This document shows, piece by piece, positions 35,410-46,940 of a DNA stretch of 46,940 nucleotides. The notes beneath the pieces are model-generated. The model was not told the DNA's origin, searched no databases, and was given only the letters and a program-made list of their open reading frames with translations. Within the stretch, counting starts at the first letter, position 1. Each line of letters opens with the position of its first letter. Source of the DNA: Chiloscyllium plagiosum (Eukaryota); the NCBI RefSeq assembly GCF_004010195.1, contig NC_057718.1, forward strand, positions 70,074,428-70,121,367. Reading direction: 5' to 3'. The position numbers were made by a program, and so were the translations under genes.

Positions 35410-38400
35410 TCTATCAATCTAGATACAACTGCAAAGAAACAAAATTGGATAACCCACCAGGCATCAGAAACAACAATTCTTACTAACATCTGGAGGTTAG
35501 TGCCAAAATTGGAGAGCTGTCTCACAGACTAGTCAAGTATAATCCTGATATAGTCATGCTCATGGAATCATACTTTACACACACTGTCCCAGACACCACC
35601 GTCACTATCCCTCAATATACTTTGACTCACTAGCAAGACAGACACAGCAGAGATATTGGCACATTGGTATACAGTTGGGAGGGAGTTGCTCTGATAGTTC
35701 TCAGCATTGCCTATGGACCTCATGAACTCTCAGGGCATCAGGTTAAATATGGGCAAGGGAACCTTCTGCTGATTACCATATATTGTCCTCCCTTAGCTGA
35801 TGAATTGGTACTCCTCTGTGTTGAACAATAATTAGAGGAAGCACTGAAGATGGCAAGAGTGCAAAATCTACACTGCGTTGGGAATGTCAATGTCCACCAT
35901 CAAGAATAGCTCCGCAGCGGCAATACCGATCAAGCTGGTCAGATCCTAAATGACTTAGCTGCTAGACTGATTCTGTGGCAAATCATTGAGGAATCAACAA
36001 AAGGGAAAACCATACTAATCATGCCCTTACTTAATTTACTGGTTGCAGATGTATCTGTATGACAGCATCAATAAGAATGACTACCATACAGTCCCATGGA
36101 GATTAGGTCCTGCCTTCAAATTGAGAATACTCTCCATCATGTTGTATGGTACTATCATTGTGCTAAATGGAACAAGTTCCAAACAGATCTAAGCAACTTG
36201 AGACTGGGCATCCAGGAGACACTTGGGGGTCTTCAACAGCAGCAGAATCATACACCAATAAAATCTGCAACCTCATTGCCCAGTAGATATCCCACTCAAC
36301 CAAGACTGTCAAAGCAGGAGATCAACCACAATTCAATGGAGAGTACAGGAGTGCATGCCCGGAGCTCTACCAAGCATGCTGAAAAATTAGGTGTCGATGT
36401 GGGGAAGCTACTATACAGGACTAGATGTGTGCCAAACAACGTAAACAGAAAGTGATAGATGGAGCTAAGCAATCCTACAAACATTGGATCAATTCTAAGC
36501 TCTGCAGTCCTGCCAAACCCAGTCATGAATAGTGGACAATTAAACAACTCACTGGAGGAGAAGTGTTAACAGGTATCCCCATCCTCTATTAGGGAAAAGA
36601 CAAACATATCACTGAAAAAGATAAGGGTGAAGCATCAAGTAGATGATCAATCGCTGCCTCTTCCAATGGTCACCAGCATCACTGATGCCTGTTTTCAGCC
36701 AATTCAATTCACTCCATGCGATATCAAGAACTAGTTGAAGGCACTGGATATGCATAGGCTGACAACATTCAGCAATGGTACAAAAAACCTGTGCTTCAGC
36801 ACTTGCTGCTCCCCTAGCCCATATCTTAAAGCAGAGTTACGACACTGGCGTCTACCTGAAAATGTGGAAAATTGCCTATGTCTTGCACACAAAAGCGGGA
36901 CAAATCCAACCAGGCCAATTATCGTTACTTTCAATCATCAATGAAGTGAAGGAAGATCTTGTCATCAGTGCTGTCAAGCAGCACCTGCTCAACAATAACC
37001 TGCGCAGTGATGCCCAGTTTGCGTTCAGCCAGGGCCACTGGGCTCTTGACCTTGGTTACAGGCCTTGGTTCAAACATGGACAAAAGAGTTCAATTCCAAA
37101 GGTGAGAGTGAAAACCCTTGATATCAAGGCTGCAGTTGACCAAGTGTGGCATTAAGGAGCCCTAGCAAAACAGGAATTAATAAGTATTAAGACAAACACT
37201 CCACTGTTTGGAGTCATAGTTGACACATAGGAAGATGATTGTGGTTGTTGGAGGTCAGTCATCTCAACTCCAGGCATCTCTGCAGAGTTCTTTAAGGTAA
37301 TAGCCTGGACCCAACCATTATCAGCAGCTTCATCAATGACCTTACTTCCATTAAATGTCAGAAGTGGAGATGTTTGTTGATGGTTACATAATGTTCAAGA
37401 CCATTCACAATCCTCTGATAGGGAAGCAGTCCATGTTTAAATGCAACAAGATCCAATAATTTCCAAGTTTGGGCTAGCAAGTAGCAAGTAACATTTGTGA
37501 TATGTGTTAGGCATCTCCAATAAGAAACAAACTAACCACGCCCCTTGATATTCAACTGTGTTAACATCACTGACTCTTCCACTATCAACATCCAGGGGGC
37601 AGATTAAAATTCATCAGAAACTCAGGTGGATCACCATATAAATATAGTTTCTACAAGAGCAAGTCACCACTAGTTATATGGTAGTGAGGAACCCACCTCC
37701 TGACGTTCCAAAGCCTTTCCACTACCTACAAGACACAAGTCAGGTGTGTGATGGAATACTTCCCATTTGACCAGATGAGTGCCACTCCAACAACACTCAA
37801 GATGTTTGACACCATCCAGGTCAAAATAATCCCCAAACATCCATTCTCTGCACTGACTCTTAGTAGCAGACGTGTGTGCTATTAGATTAGATTCCTTACA
37901 GTGTGGAAACAGGCCCTTCGGCCCAACCAGTCCACACCGACCCTCTGAAGAAAAACCCACCCAGACCCATTTCCCTCTGACTAATTGACCTAAAACAATG
38001 GGCAATTTAACATAGCCAATTCACCTGATCTGCACATCTTTTGGACTGTGGGAGGAAACCCACGCAGACACAGGGAGAATGTGCAAACTCCCCACAGACA
38101 GTCACCTGACGCTGGAATCGAACCTGAAGCCCTGGTGCTGTGAAGCACCAGTGCTAACCACTGAGCAATTGACAAGATGTACTGCAGATCCTTAGATAAC
38201 ACTTTCAAACCCACAACCTCTTCAATCAAGGTCAAGAGTAGAAGATACATGAGAACACCACCACCTGCAAGTTCCCCTCCAAAACACTCACCACCCTGAC
38301 TTGGAAATATCACCTTACTTTAGGATCAAAAGGGTCAAAATCATGGAATTCCCTGCCTGATGGTGGTGCTGGAAGAGCTGGGTTGATCTAGAGCATCTCA

Positions 38401-38485
38401 AGAAGACAGCTCAAGAGTAACTAGATGCAGGTAATAAATACTGGCCAGCCAGCGATGCCCACATGCCAAGAATGAATAAAAGAAA
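35410..38485 (+). mobile_element. Near-complete decayed CR1/L2-group LINE ORF (APE + RT) with 3' end
   Basis: LVPKL..LSHRLVK..PDIVMLMESY; NLLLITIYCPP; GNVNVHHQE; DAQFAF; LDIKAAVDQVWH; MFVD; ends GCCCACATGCCAAGAATGAATAAAAGAAA. Confidence 0.88.
37881..38166 (-). mobile_element. HE1 SINE (older subfamily) nested in the LINE
   Basis: Tail, V-domain and B-box GGTTCGATTCC on the minus strand. Confidence 0.92.
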
Positions 38486-38496
38486 GTTTGAACATA

Positions 38497-38835
38497 TTAC
38501 ATTACATTATTACATTACATTACAGTGTGGAAACAGGCCCTTCGGCCCAACAAGTCCACACCGACCCGCCGAAGCGCAACCCACCCATACCTCTACATTT
38601 TACCCCTTACCTAACACTACGGGCAATTTAGCATGGCCAATTCACCTGACCTGCTCATCTTTAGACGGTGGGAGGAAACCAGATCACCCGGAGGAAACCC
38701 ACGCAGATACGGGGAGAACGTGCAAACTCCACACAGTCAGTCGCCTGAGGCGGGAATTGAACCCGGGTCTCAGGCGCTGTGAGGCAGCAATGCCGCCCGG
38801 TGGCACAGTGGTTAGCACTGCTGCCTCACAGCGCC
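38497..38835 (-). mobile_element. HE1 SINE with 5' inversion/duplication
   Basis: Minus-strand body to 38789, then a plus-strand head at 38798-38835; ACATAT at 38492-38497 and 38836-38841. Confidence 0.9.
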
Positions 38836-38914
38836 ACATATCAAATGCAGCCCAGCATCAAGTCATTGATATAGATTGTAAAAGCTCCTCTTTGTGGCAC
38901 TTTACACTATCATC

Positions 38915-39191
38915 TAGATTAGATTCCCTGCATTGTGGAAACAGGCCCTTTGACTCTCCAAAGAGTAACCGGCCCAGACCCATTTCCCTCTGACTAAAGC
39001 ACCTAACAGTATGGGCAATTTAGCATGGCCAATTCACCCAACCTGCACATCTTTGGATTGTGGGAGGAAATCAGAGGAAACCCATGCATACACATGGAGA
39101 ACTTGCAAACTTCACACAGACAGTCACCCAAGACTGGAATCGAACCTGGGACCCTGGTGCTGTGAAGCAGTAGTGCTAACCACTGAGCCAC
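38915..39191 (-). mobile_element. HE1 SINE (older subfamily, internal deletion)
   Basis: Tail, V-domain, and A-box (TGGCTCAGTGG) and B-box on the minus strand. Confidence 0.9.
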
Positions 39192-41313
39192 AGATTCCTT
39201 CAATTAGGTTTTGACTTATTAACCAATCTTCATTTGAAAATAGAAAACCCCAATTTTGAGGATTGTGTAGCAACTTCCTGAGCAGTACCTTTTTGAATGT
39301 CTACTGAAAATCCACATTTACTACATCACTGTTTTCCCTTTATCTGAACTGCTAGTTAAACCCAACATGTTGACTGAATTATGACTTGTCCAGTGAAATG
39401 GTACCAAAAGTCTTGTGAGCACTGCCAGCTAACACCCTAAAATGGATACGTGCTTGAACAATACTGACTCTACCCCTTCAGATTCTCATTTTCAGCCTGT
39501 TCCAACTGTGCCCAGAGTGCCAGGCCCTTCCCATGTTGCTATTCCATCTCCAGAAACCCAACCTTTGAATCCCTTTCTGGTCCGGAACTTCCATCCAGTT
39601 TGCCATTCTCTTGTTTCACTTGCTTGTTCCACTGAATTTACAAGCAACTGCACAAAGCTGAGTGTTGTAGGCCAATGTTAACCAGGAAGAATTTCTTCAG
39701 CTAGAAAGTGATGAATCTGTTGAACACTGCCACTAAAGGTTGTGGAGGCCAGGTTATTAAATTTATTTCAGACAGAGTTAGTTGGTTCTTGACAAGTAAG
39801 GGCTGCAAAGAGCAGGCAGGAGAATGGGGTTGAGAAACATATCAGACATGATCAAATGGTGGAGCAGACTCCATGGGTCAAATAGTCATAGAGATGTACA
39901 ATACGGAAACAGATCCTTCGGTCCAACTTGTCCACGCCGACCAGGTATCCTAAATTAGTCAATTCCCATTTGCCAGCACTTGAGCCATATCACTCTGCAC
40001 CCTTTCTATTCATGTACCCATCCAGATGTCATTTAAATGTTGTAATTGTACTAGCCTCCACCACTTCCTCTGGCAGCTCATTCCATAAATATACCAGCCT
40101 CTGCATGAAAAAGCTGCTCCTTAGATCCTTTTGAGATTTTTCCACTCTCACCTTAAACCCGTGCCCCCTTGTTCTGGAATCCACCAACCCCGGGAAAAGA
40201 TCTTGTCTATTTGCCCTATGCGTGCCCCTCATGATTGCTTAACCTCTATAAGGTCACCCCTCAGTCTCCGATGCTCAAGGGAAAAAAAGCTCCAGCCTAT
40301 TCAGCCTCTCCGTACAGCTCAAACCCTCCAAGCCCGGCAACATCCTTGTTAATCTTTTCTCAACCTTTTCAAGTATCACAACATCCTTCCTACAGGAAGG
40401 AAACCAGAATTGCATGCAATATTCCAACAGTGGCCTAGCCAATGTCCTGTACATCTTCAACATGATCTCACAACTCCTATACTCAATGGCCTGACCAATA
40501 AAGGGAAGCATAACAAATGTCTTCTTCACTATCCTATCTACCTGCGAATCCACTTTCAAGGATCTATGACCTTGCACTCCAAGGTCTCCTTGCTCAGCAA
40601 CTCTCACAGGACCTTATAATTAAGTGTATAAGTTATATGCTGAGCTACCTTTCTAAAATGCAGCACCTCGCATTTATCTAAATTAAACTCCATCTGCCAT
40701 TCCTCAGCCCATTGGCCCATCTGATCTAGATCCCAGTGCACCTTCACTATCCACAACACCTCCAATTTTTATGCCATCTGCAAACTTTCTAACTATACCT
40801 CCTATGTTCACATCCTAATCATTAATATAAGTGATGAAAAGCATTGGACGCAACACTGATCTTTATGGCATACTGCTGGTTACAGGCCTCCAGTCTGAAA
40901 AGCAACCCTCCACCATCAACCTCCGTATTCTACCTTCGAACCAGTTCTGTGTCCAAATGGCTAGCTATCCCTGAATTCCATGTGATCTAACCTTGCTAAC
41001 TAATCTACCATGAGGAACCTTGTTGATTGCCTTACTGAATGCACTTTGCCCTCATCAATCCTCTTTGTTACTTCTTCAAAAAATCTCAATCAAGTTAGTG
41101 CGACATGATTTCCCACGCACAAAGCCATGTTTACCAGTCCTAATTGGTCCTTGCCTATCCAAATACATTTAAATTCTGTCCCTCAGGATACCCTCCAACA
41201 ATGTTAAGCTCACCGATCTATCGTTCCCTGGCTTTTCCTTATTAACTTTCTTAAATAGCGGCCAACCTCTAGTCTTCTGGCACTGCACCTGTGACTACTG
41301 ATGATCCAAATAT

Positions 41314-41608
41314 TTAGATTACTTTTACAGTGTGGAAACAGGCCCTTCAGCCCAACAAGTCCACACCGACCCACCGAAGCGCAACCCACCCATACCCCTA
41401 ACCTAACACTATGGACAATTTAGCATGGCCAATTCACCTAACCTGCACATCTTTGGACTGTGGGCGGAAACCGGAGCACCTGGAGGAAACCCACGCAGAC
41501 ACGGGCAGAATGTGCAAACTCCACACACAGTCGCCTGAGGCGGGAATTGAACCCGGGTCTCTGGCGCTGTGAGGCAGCAGTGCTAACCACTGTGCCACCG
41601 TGCCGCCC
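41314..41608 (-). mobile_element. Full-length young HE1 SINE
   Basis: Head GGGCGGCACGGTGGCACAGTGGTTAGC (A-box), GGTTCAATTCC (B-box), V-domain and tail; ATAT on both sides. Confidence 0.95.
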
Positions 41609-42525
41609 ATATCTCCGCAAGGGGCCCAGCAGTCACTTCCCTAGCTTCCCACAGAGTTCTAGGGTACACCTGATCATGTCCTGGGGATTTAGCCACCTTT
41701 GTGTATTTTAAGACATCCAGCACCATGTCCTCTGTAATACGGACATTTTTCAATATGTCACCATCTATTCCCCACATTCTGTATCTTCCATGACCTTCTC
41801 CACAGTAAACACTAATGTAAAATACTCGTTTAGTATCGCACCCATCTCTTGCGGTTCCACGCATAGGCTGCCTTGCTAATCTTTGAGGAGTCCTATTCTC
41901 TCCCTTGTTACTCTTTTGTCCTTAATATATTTATAGAATCACTTTGGATTCTCCTTAACCCTATTTGCCAAAACTATCTCATGGTCCCCTTTTTGCCCTC
42001 CTGTTTTCCCTCTTAAGTATACTCCTACTGCCTTTAAACATTCAGGATGAACTCAATCTCTGTTGTTTATACCTTCCTTCTTTTTCTTGACTAAAACCTC
42101 AATTTCTCTAGTCATCCAGTATTCCCTGCACCTACCAGCCTTGCCTTTCACCCTAACAGGAACAAACTGTCTCTGGACTCTCATTATCTCATTTTTGAAG
42201 ACTTCCCATTTTGCAGCTGCCCCTTTGATTGCAAACATCTACACCCAACCAACCTTTGAAAGTTCTTGTTGAATACCATCAAAATTGATCTTCCTCCAAT
42301 TTAGAAATTTAACTTTTTTGATCCGGTCTATCCTTTTCCATCACATTTCAGACTAATAGAATTATGGTCGCTGACCCCGAAGAACTCCTCCACTGACATC
42401 TCAGTCATCTGCCCTGCCTTATTTCTGAAGAGTAGCTCAGGTTTTGCACCTTCTCCAGTAGGTACATCCGCATACCGAATCAGAAAATTTTCTCATCACT
42501 TAATAAATTCCTCTCCATCTAAACC

Positions 42526-42595
42526 GTGTGGACTTGTTGGGCCGAAGGGCCTGTTTCCACACTGTAAATAATCTAATCTAATCTAATCTAATCTA
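42526..42595 (+). mobile_element. HE1/CR1 tail-only insertion with 9-bp TSD
   Basis: ATCTAAACC at 42517-42525 and 42591-42599; (ATCTA)n tail. Confidence 0.9.
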
Positions 42596-44064
42596 AACCC
42601 TTAACACAATGGCAGTCCCAGTCCATGACTAGAAAGTAAAAATCCCCTACCATTACACCTTATTACTCTTACAGATTACTGAGATCTCCTTATAAATTTG
42701 TTTCTCAATTTCCTGCTGACTATTGGGTGGGGTGGGGGGAGTGTGCAGTGTCTAGATTACAATCCCAATAAGGTGATCATCCCTTCCTCGTTTGTCAGTT
42801 CCACCCAAATAGCTTCCTTGGAAATATTCCCAGGAATAACCCAGGAATATTATGGCCATAATATTATCTATTATTCCCTTATCAAAAACATCACTCCCAC
42901 TCTTCACTTGCGCCCAGACCCCTGACCCCACCCCCCAAAGCCACAATCCTTCCTGTAGCATTTGTATCCTGGAACATTAAGCTGCCAGTCCTGTCCATCC
43001 CTGAGCTATGTTTCTGTAATTGCTATGATATCCCAGTCCCGTGTTCCTTACCATGCCCTGAGTTCATCTGCCTTCCCTGTTGGGCCTCTTGCATTGAAAT
43101 AAATGCAATTTAATTTATCTCATTCTCTGCTTTGTTCCTGACTGTTTGACCTGCTCCTTTTCCCAACAGTACCATCTCATATTAATCTATTTCCTCACTG
43201 GGTCCCACCCTCTCATCTAATTAGTTTAAATGCTCCAGAGCAGCTCTAGCAAATCTTCCTGCCAGTACATTGGTGCCCTTCCAATTTGGGTGCAATCCAT
43301 CCTTTTGAACAGGTCACTTCTACCCCTGAGGAGATACCAATAATCCAAAAATGTGAACCCTTCTCCCCAGCACCAGCTCCTCAGCCATACATTCATCTGC
43401 TCAATCCTCCTATTCCTAGCCTCACTAACTCATAGCACAGGGAGTAATATAAATATTACTACCCTTGAGGACCTCCTTTTTAAATTCCTGCCAAACTCTC
43501 TATATTCTCCCTTCAGAATCTCAGCCTTTTCATTAGTTCCAATGTGTACAATGACCTCCTGTTCGTCTCACTCCCCTTTGAGAATATTTTGCACTGTCTC
43601 TGAGATATCCTTGATCCTGGCACCAGAGACGCAACATACCATTCTGATTTCTTGCTGTCGGCTGCAGGAACAGTTGTCTGTATCTCTGACTAGACAGTCC
43701 CCTAACACAATCGATTGCTTGGAACCTGACATACTCCTCGTTACATTAGAGCTAGTCTAAGTACCAGACCTTTTCCTGTTTGTGCTACATTCCCCTGAGA
43801 ATCCATCACCCCTACGTTTTCCAAAATCGGTACACTTGTTTGAGATGGGGATAACCACAGAGACTCCTGTACTACCTACCTCACACTCCTACCTTTCCTG
43901 GTGGTAACCCACCTACCTGACTGTTTCTGCAGTTTTTCTCCCTTTTTGTAATTGCCATCCATCACACCCTATAGATCCTGTAAATTCCTCATTGCCTCTA
44001 ACTGCCAACTGATCCATGCGATCTGATAGGATTCACAACCAAACACACTTACTGCAGACATAAC

Positions 44065-46270
44065 ACTTATCTCTGGCATCTCTCTGAAACTTGTCTCTAA
44101 TCGGCTTAAAATTATTCTCCCTTGGGATTGCCATTTCCACCCTGGGAGAAGGTCTCTGGCTATCCATTTTATCTATACCTCTCTTCATCTTGTACACCTC
44201 TATCAAGTCACTTCTAATCCTTCTTCACTCCAGTGAGAAAAGCCCTAGCTCCCTCAACCTTTCTTCATTAGACATGCCCTCCAGTCCAGGTAACATCCTG
44301 GTAAATCTCCTCTGCATCCTCTCTAATGCTTCCACTTCTTTCCTATAATGATGCAACCAGAACTGAACACAATATTCAAGTGTGGTCCAATCAGAGATTT
44401 ACAGAGTTGCAGCATAACCTCTTGGTGCTTAAGCACAATCCCCCACCAATGAAAGCCAAAACACCATACACCTTCTCCACCCTAAGAACTTGGGTGGCAA
44501 CTTTGAGGGATCTATGGATATAGACCCCAAGATCCATCTGTCCCTCCACAATGCGAAGAAACCTGCATTGAACCCTGTAATCTTCATTCAAATTTGACTT
44601 TCCAAAAGAAATCACTTCACACTTTTCCAGTTTGAACTCCATTTCCACTTCTCAGCCCAGGTCTGCATCCTGTCAATGTCCCATTGCAATCTACAGCAGC
44701 CCTCTACACTATTCACAATTCCACCAACCTTCAGGACAGTGGCAAACTTATTAACCCGCCCTTCCACTTCCTCATCCAAGTCATTTATAAAAATCACAAA
44801 GAGCAGAGGTCCCAGAACAGATCCCTACGGAACACCATTGGTCACCGAGCTCCAGGCTGAATACTTTCCATTTACCATCACCCTCTGTCTTCTATGGGCC
44901 AGCCAATTCTATATCCAAACAGATTTCCCTGTATCCCATGCCTCCTTACTTTCTGAATGAGCCTATCATGGGGAACCTTATCAAATGCCTTGTTAAAATC
45001 CACAGACACTACATCCACTGCTCTCCCTTCATCAAGGTGTTTTATCACATCCTCAAAGAATTCAATTAGGCTTCTTAGGCATGACCTGCCTCTTACAAAG
45101 CCATGCTGACTATCTCTAAGCAAGCTATGCTTTTCCAAATAATAATAAATCCTGTCTCTTGGAATCCTCTCCTCACCATCGACTTAAACCTGACTGGTCT
45201 GCAATTCCCAGAGTTATCCCTATTCCCTTTCTTGAACAAAGGAATAACATTTGCCACCCTCCAATCATCTGGTACTACTCATGTGGACAATGAGGATGCA
45301 AAGATCATCACCAAAGACGAAGCAATCTCTTCCCTTGCTTCCTGTAGAAACTTATATCCCATCTGGCCCAGGGGGGCTTATCTTTCCTTGTGTTTTTCAA
45401 AATTTCCAGCATATCTCCCTTCTTAACAGCAACCTGTTCAAGCATATCAGCCTGTTTCATGCTGTCCTCACAAATGAAAATGTCTTTCTCACTAGTGAAT
45501 ACTGAAGCAAAATATTCATTAAGGACATCCTCAAGCTCCTCTGACTCCAGGCACACATTCGCTTCACTATGCCTGATTGGCCCTACTCTCACACTGGCCA
45601 TCGCTTTGTTCCTCATATCAGTGTAGATTGCCTTGGGACTTTCCTTAGTCCTACCTGTCAAGGCTTTTTCATGTTCCCTTCTAGCCCTCTCAAGTCCATT
45701 CTTCAGTTCCTTCCTGATCACCTTGTAACCTTCTACAGCCCTGCCTGATCCTTGCTTCCTCAACCATTAAGTAAGCTTCCTTCTTCCTTTTGGCTAGATG
45801 TTCTACATCTCTTATCATCCAAGGTTCTTTCACACTAGCATCTCTTCCTTGCCTCAGTGGGACAAGTGCTCCCTAAAAAACCTCTACATTTTGTCATGCG
45901 TTTCCCTGAAAATATCTTTCCTAATTTATGCTCCACAGTTCCTGCCTAATAGCATTGTAATTCTGCCTCTCTCAATTAAATACTTTCCTATACTGTCTGC
46001 TCCCATCCCTCTCCATGATTACAGGAAAGGGGAGGGAGTTGTGAACACTATCACTGAAATGGTCTGACACTTGACCTGATTTGTTGCCAAGCACCAAATT
46101 CCTGAAGAAGGGCTCATGCCCAAAACGTCGATTCTCCTGCTCCTTGGATGCTGCCTGACCTGCTGCGCTTTTCCAGCAACACATTTTAAGCCTATCTACA
46201 TACTGAGTCAGGAATCCTTCCTGGTCACACTTGACAAAATCAGCTCCTTCCAAATTAGTTACACTAAGGC
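44065..46270 (-). mobile_element. CR1 ORF2 relic (late endonuclease through RT)
   Basis: SQHGFVRGRSCL, VDFNKAFDKVPHDRL, FVKCDQEGFLTQYVDR. Confidence 0.93.
46098..46190 (+). mobile_element. PLE terminal-repeat remnant (family C), single arm
   Basis: Nearly identical to 2757-2850; the HHR GAAA box is mutated to AAAA (CpG decay). Confidence 0.88.
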
Positions 46271-46289
46271 ATGACTTAAACCATAAGGC

Positions 46290-46940
46290 ATGAAGAAGCA
46301 GGCAGTGCAGGGTTCCCCTGTGGTCGTTCCCCTAAAAAATAAGTATACAGCTTTGGAAACTGTTGGGGGGGACAGCGTTGCAGGTGTAAGCTGCAGTGAA
46401 GGGGTCTGTGGCTCTGAGACTCAGAAGGGAAAGGGGGAGAGGAGGAGAGCGCTAGTTATAGGGGACTCTCTAGTTAGAGGGACGGACAGGCGGTTCTATG
46501 GACATGGGCGAGACTCACGGATGGTTTGTTGCCTCCCGGGTGCTAGGGTCCGAGACGTCTCAGACCGTGTATTCAGAATCCTTAAGGGGGAGGGTGTGCA
46601 GCCAGAAGTCGTGGTACACATTGGCACCAACGACATAGGTAGGAAGAGGGATGGGGAGGTCATTCAAGAGCTCAAGGAGTTAGGCAGGAAGCTAAAAGCT
46701 AGGACAGACAGAGTCGTCAACTCTGGGTTGTTGCCGGTGCCACGTGACAGTGAGGCAAAAAATAGGGAGAGAGTGCAGTTGAACACGTGGCTGCAAGGCT
46801 GATGTAGGAGGGAGGGCTTCAGATATTTGGACAATTGGACTGCACTCTGGGGAAGGTGGGACCTGTACAAACAGGACGGGCTGCACCTGAACCAGAAGGG
46901 CACCAATATCCTGGGGGGTAGGTTTGCTAGCACTCTTCGG
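46290..46940 (+). pseudogene. Young CR1 ORF1, SGNH/GDSL esterase domain, one premature stop; runs off the right edge
   Basis: VIGDSLVR (46461), LPGAR, HIGTND; TGA at 46800-46802; the same frame continues CRREGF..DGLHLN (46875-46886). Confidence 0.92.

Larger units (their letters stand above)
39885..44060 (-). mobile_element. Near full-length decayed CR1 LINE (ORF1 Zn-finger/coiled-coil + SGNH; ORF2 APE-RT; tail)
   Basis: ORF1 VCSKC..LSDRMDQL near 44050 and a KDGLHP segment near 43300; KSPGHDQVYPRTLWEAREV; YRTLARPLLEYCMQFW; two HE1 insertions. Confidence 0.93.

Noticed and set aside
38463..38993. 176-aa ORF
   Set aside because: Antisense read-through of HE1 SINE sequence and a LINE tail.
41535..41608. 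tRNA-like sequence with A and B boxes
   Set aside because: It is the head of an HE1 SINE, continuous with the V-domain and tail, not a tRNA gene.

Overview
Eukaryotic, repeat-dominated vertebrate DNA, most likely from a shark or other elasmobranch (inferred from HE1-type V-SINEs and the matching CR1 tails). No intact protein-coding gene is recognisable. Most of the window is decayed non-LTR retrotransposon sequence: many CR1 fragments (mostly minus strand, one nearly full length), a second CR1/L2-group LINE, a Tx1-like LINE, seven HE1 SINE copies, a DeuSINE-like SINE and probable Harbinger Myb/SANT relics. The strongest signal is nine short Penelope-like element (PLE) terminal-repeat remnants from about five families, built around minimal hammerhead ribozyme (HHR) motifs. 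Four are fold-back insertions, two of them with 14-15 bp target-site duplications (TSDs). One has an intact HHR core and is fused to a 26-bp minisatellite whose unit appears to derive from the element's own 5' junction. There are also a few candidate exons, including a 219-nt phase 0-0 exon with a single in-frame TGA. All family names come from motif recognition by eye, not database searches, and boundaries of old repeats are approximate.
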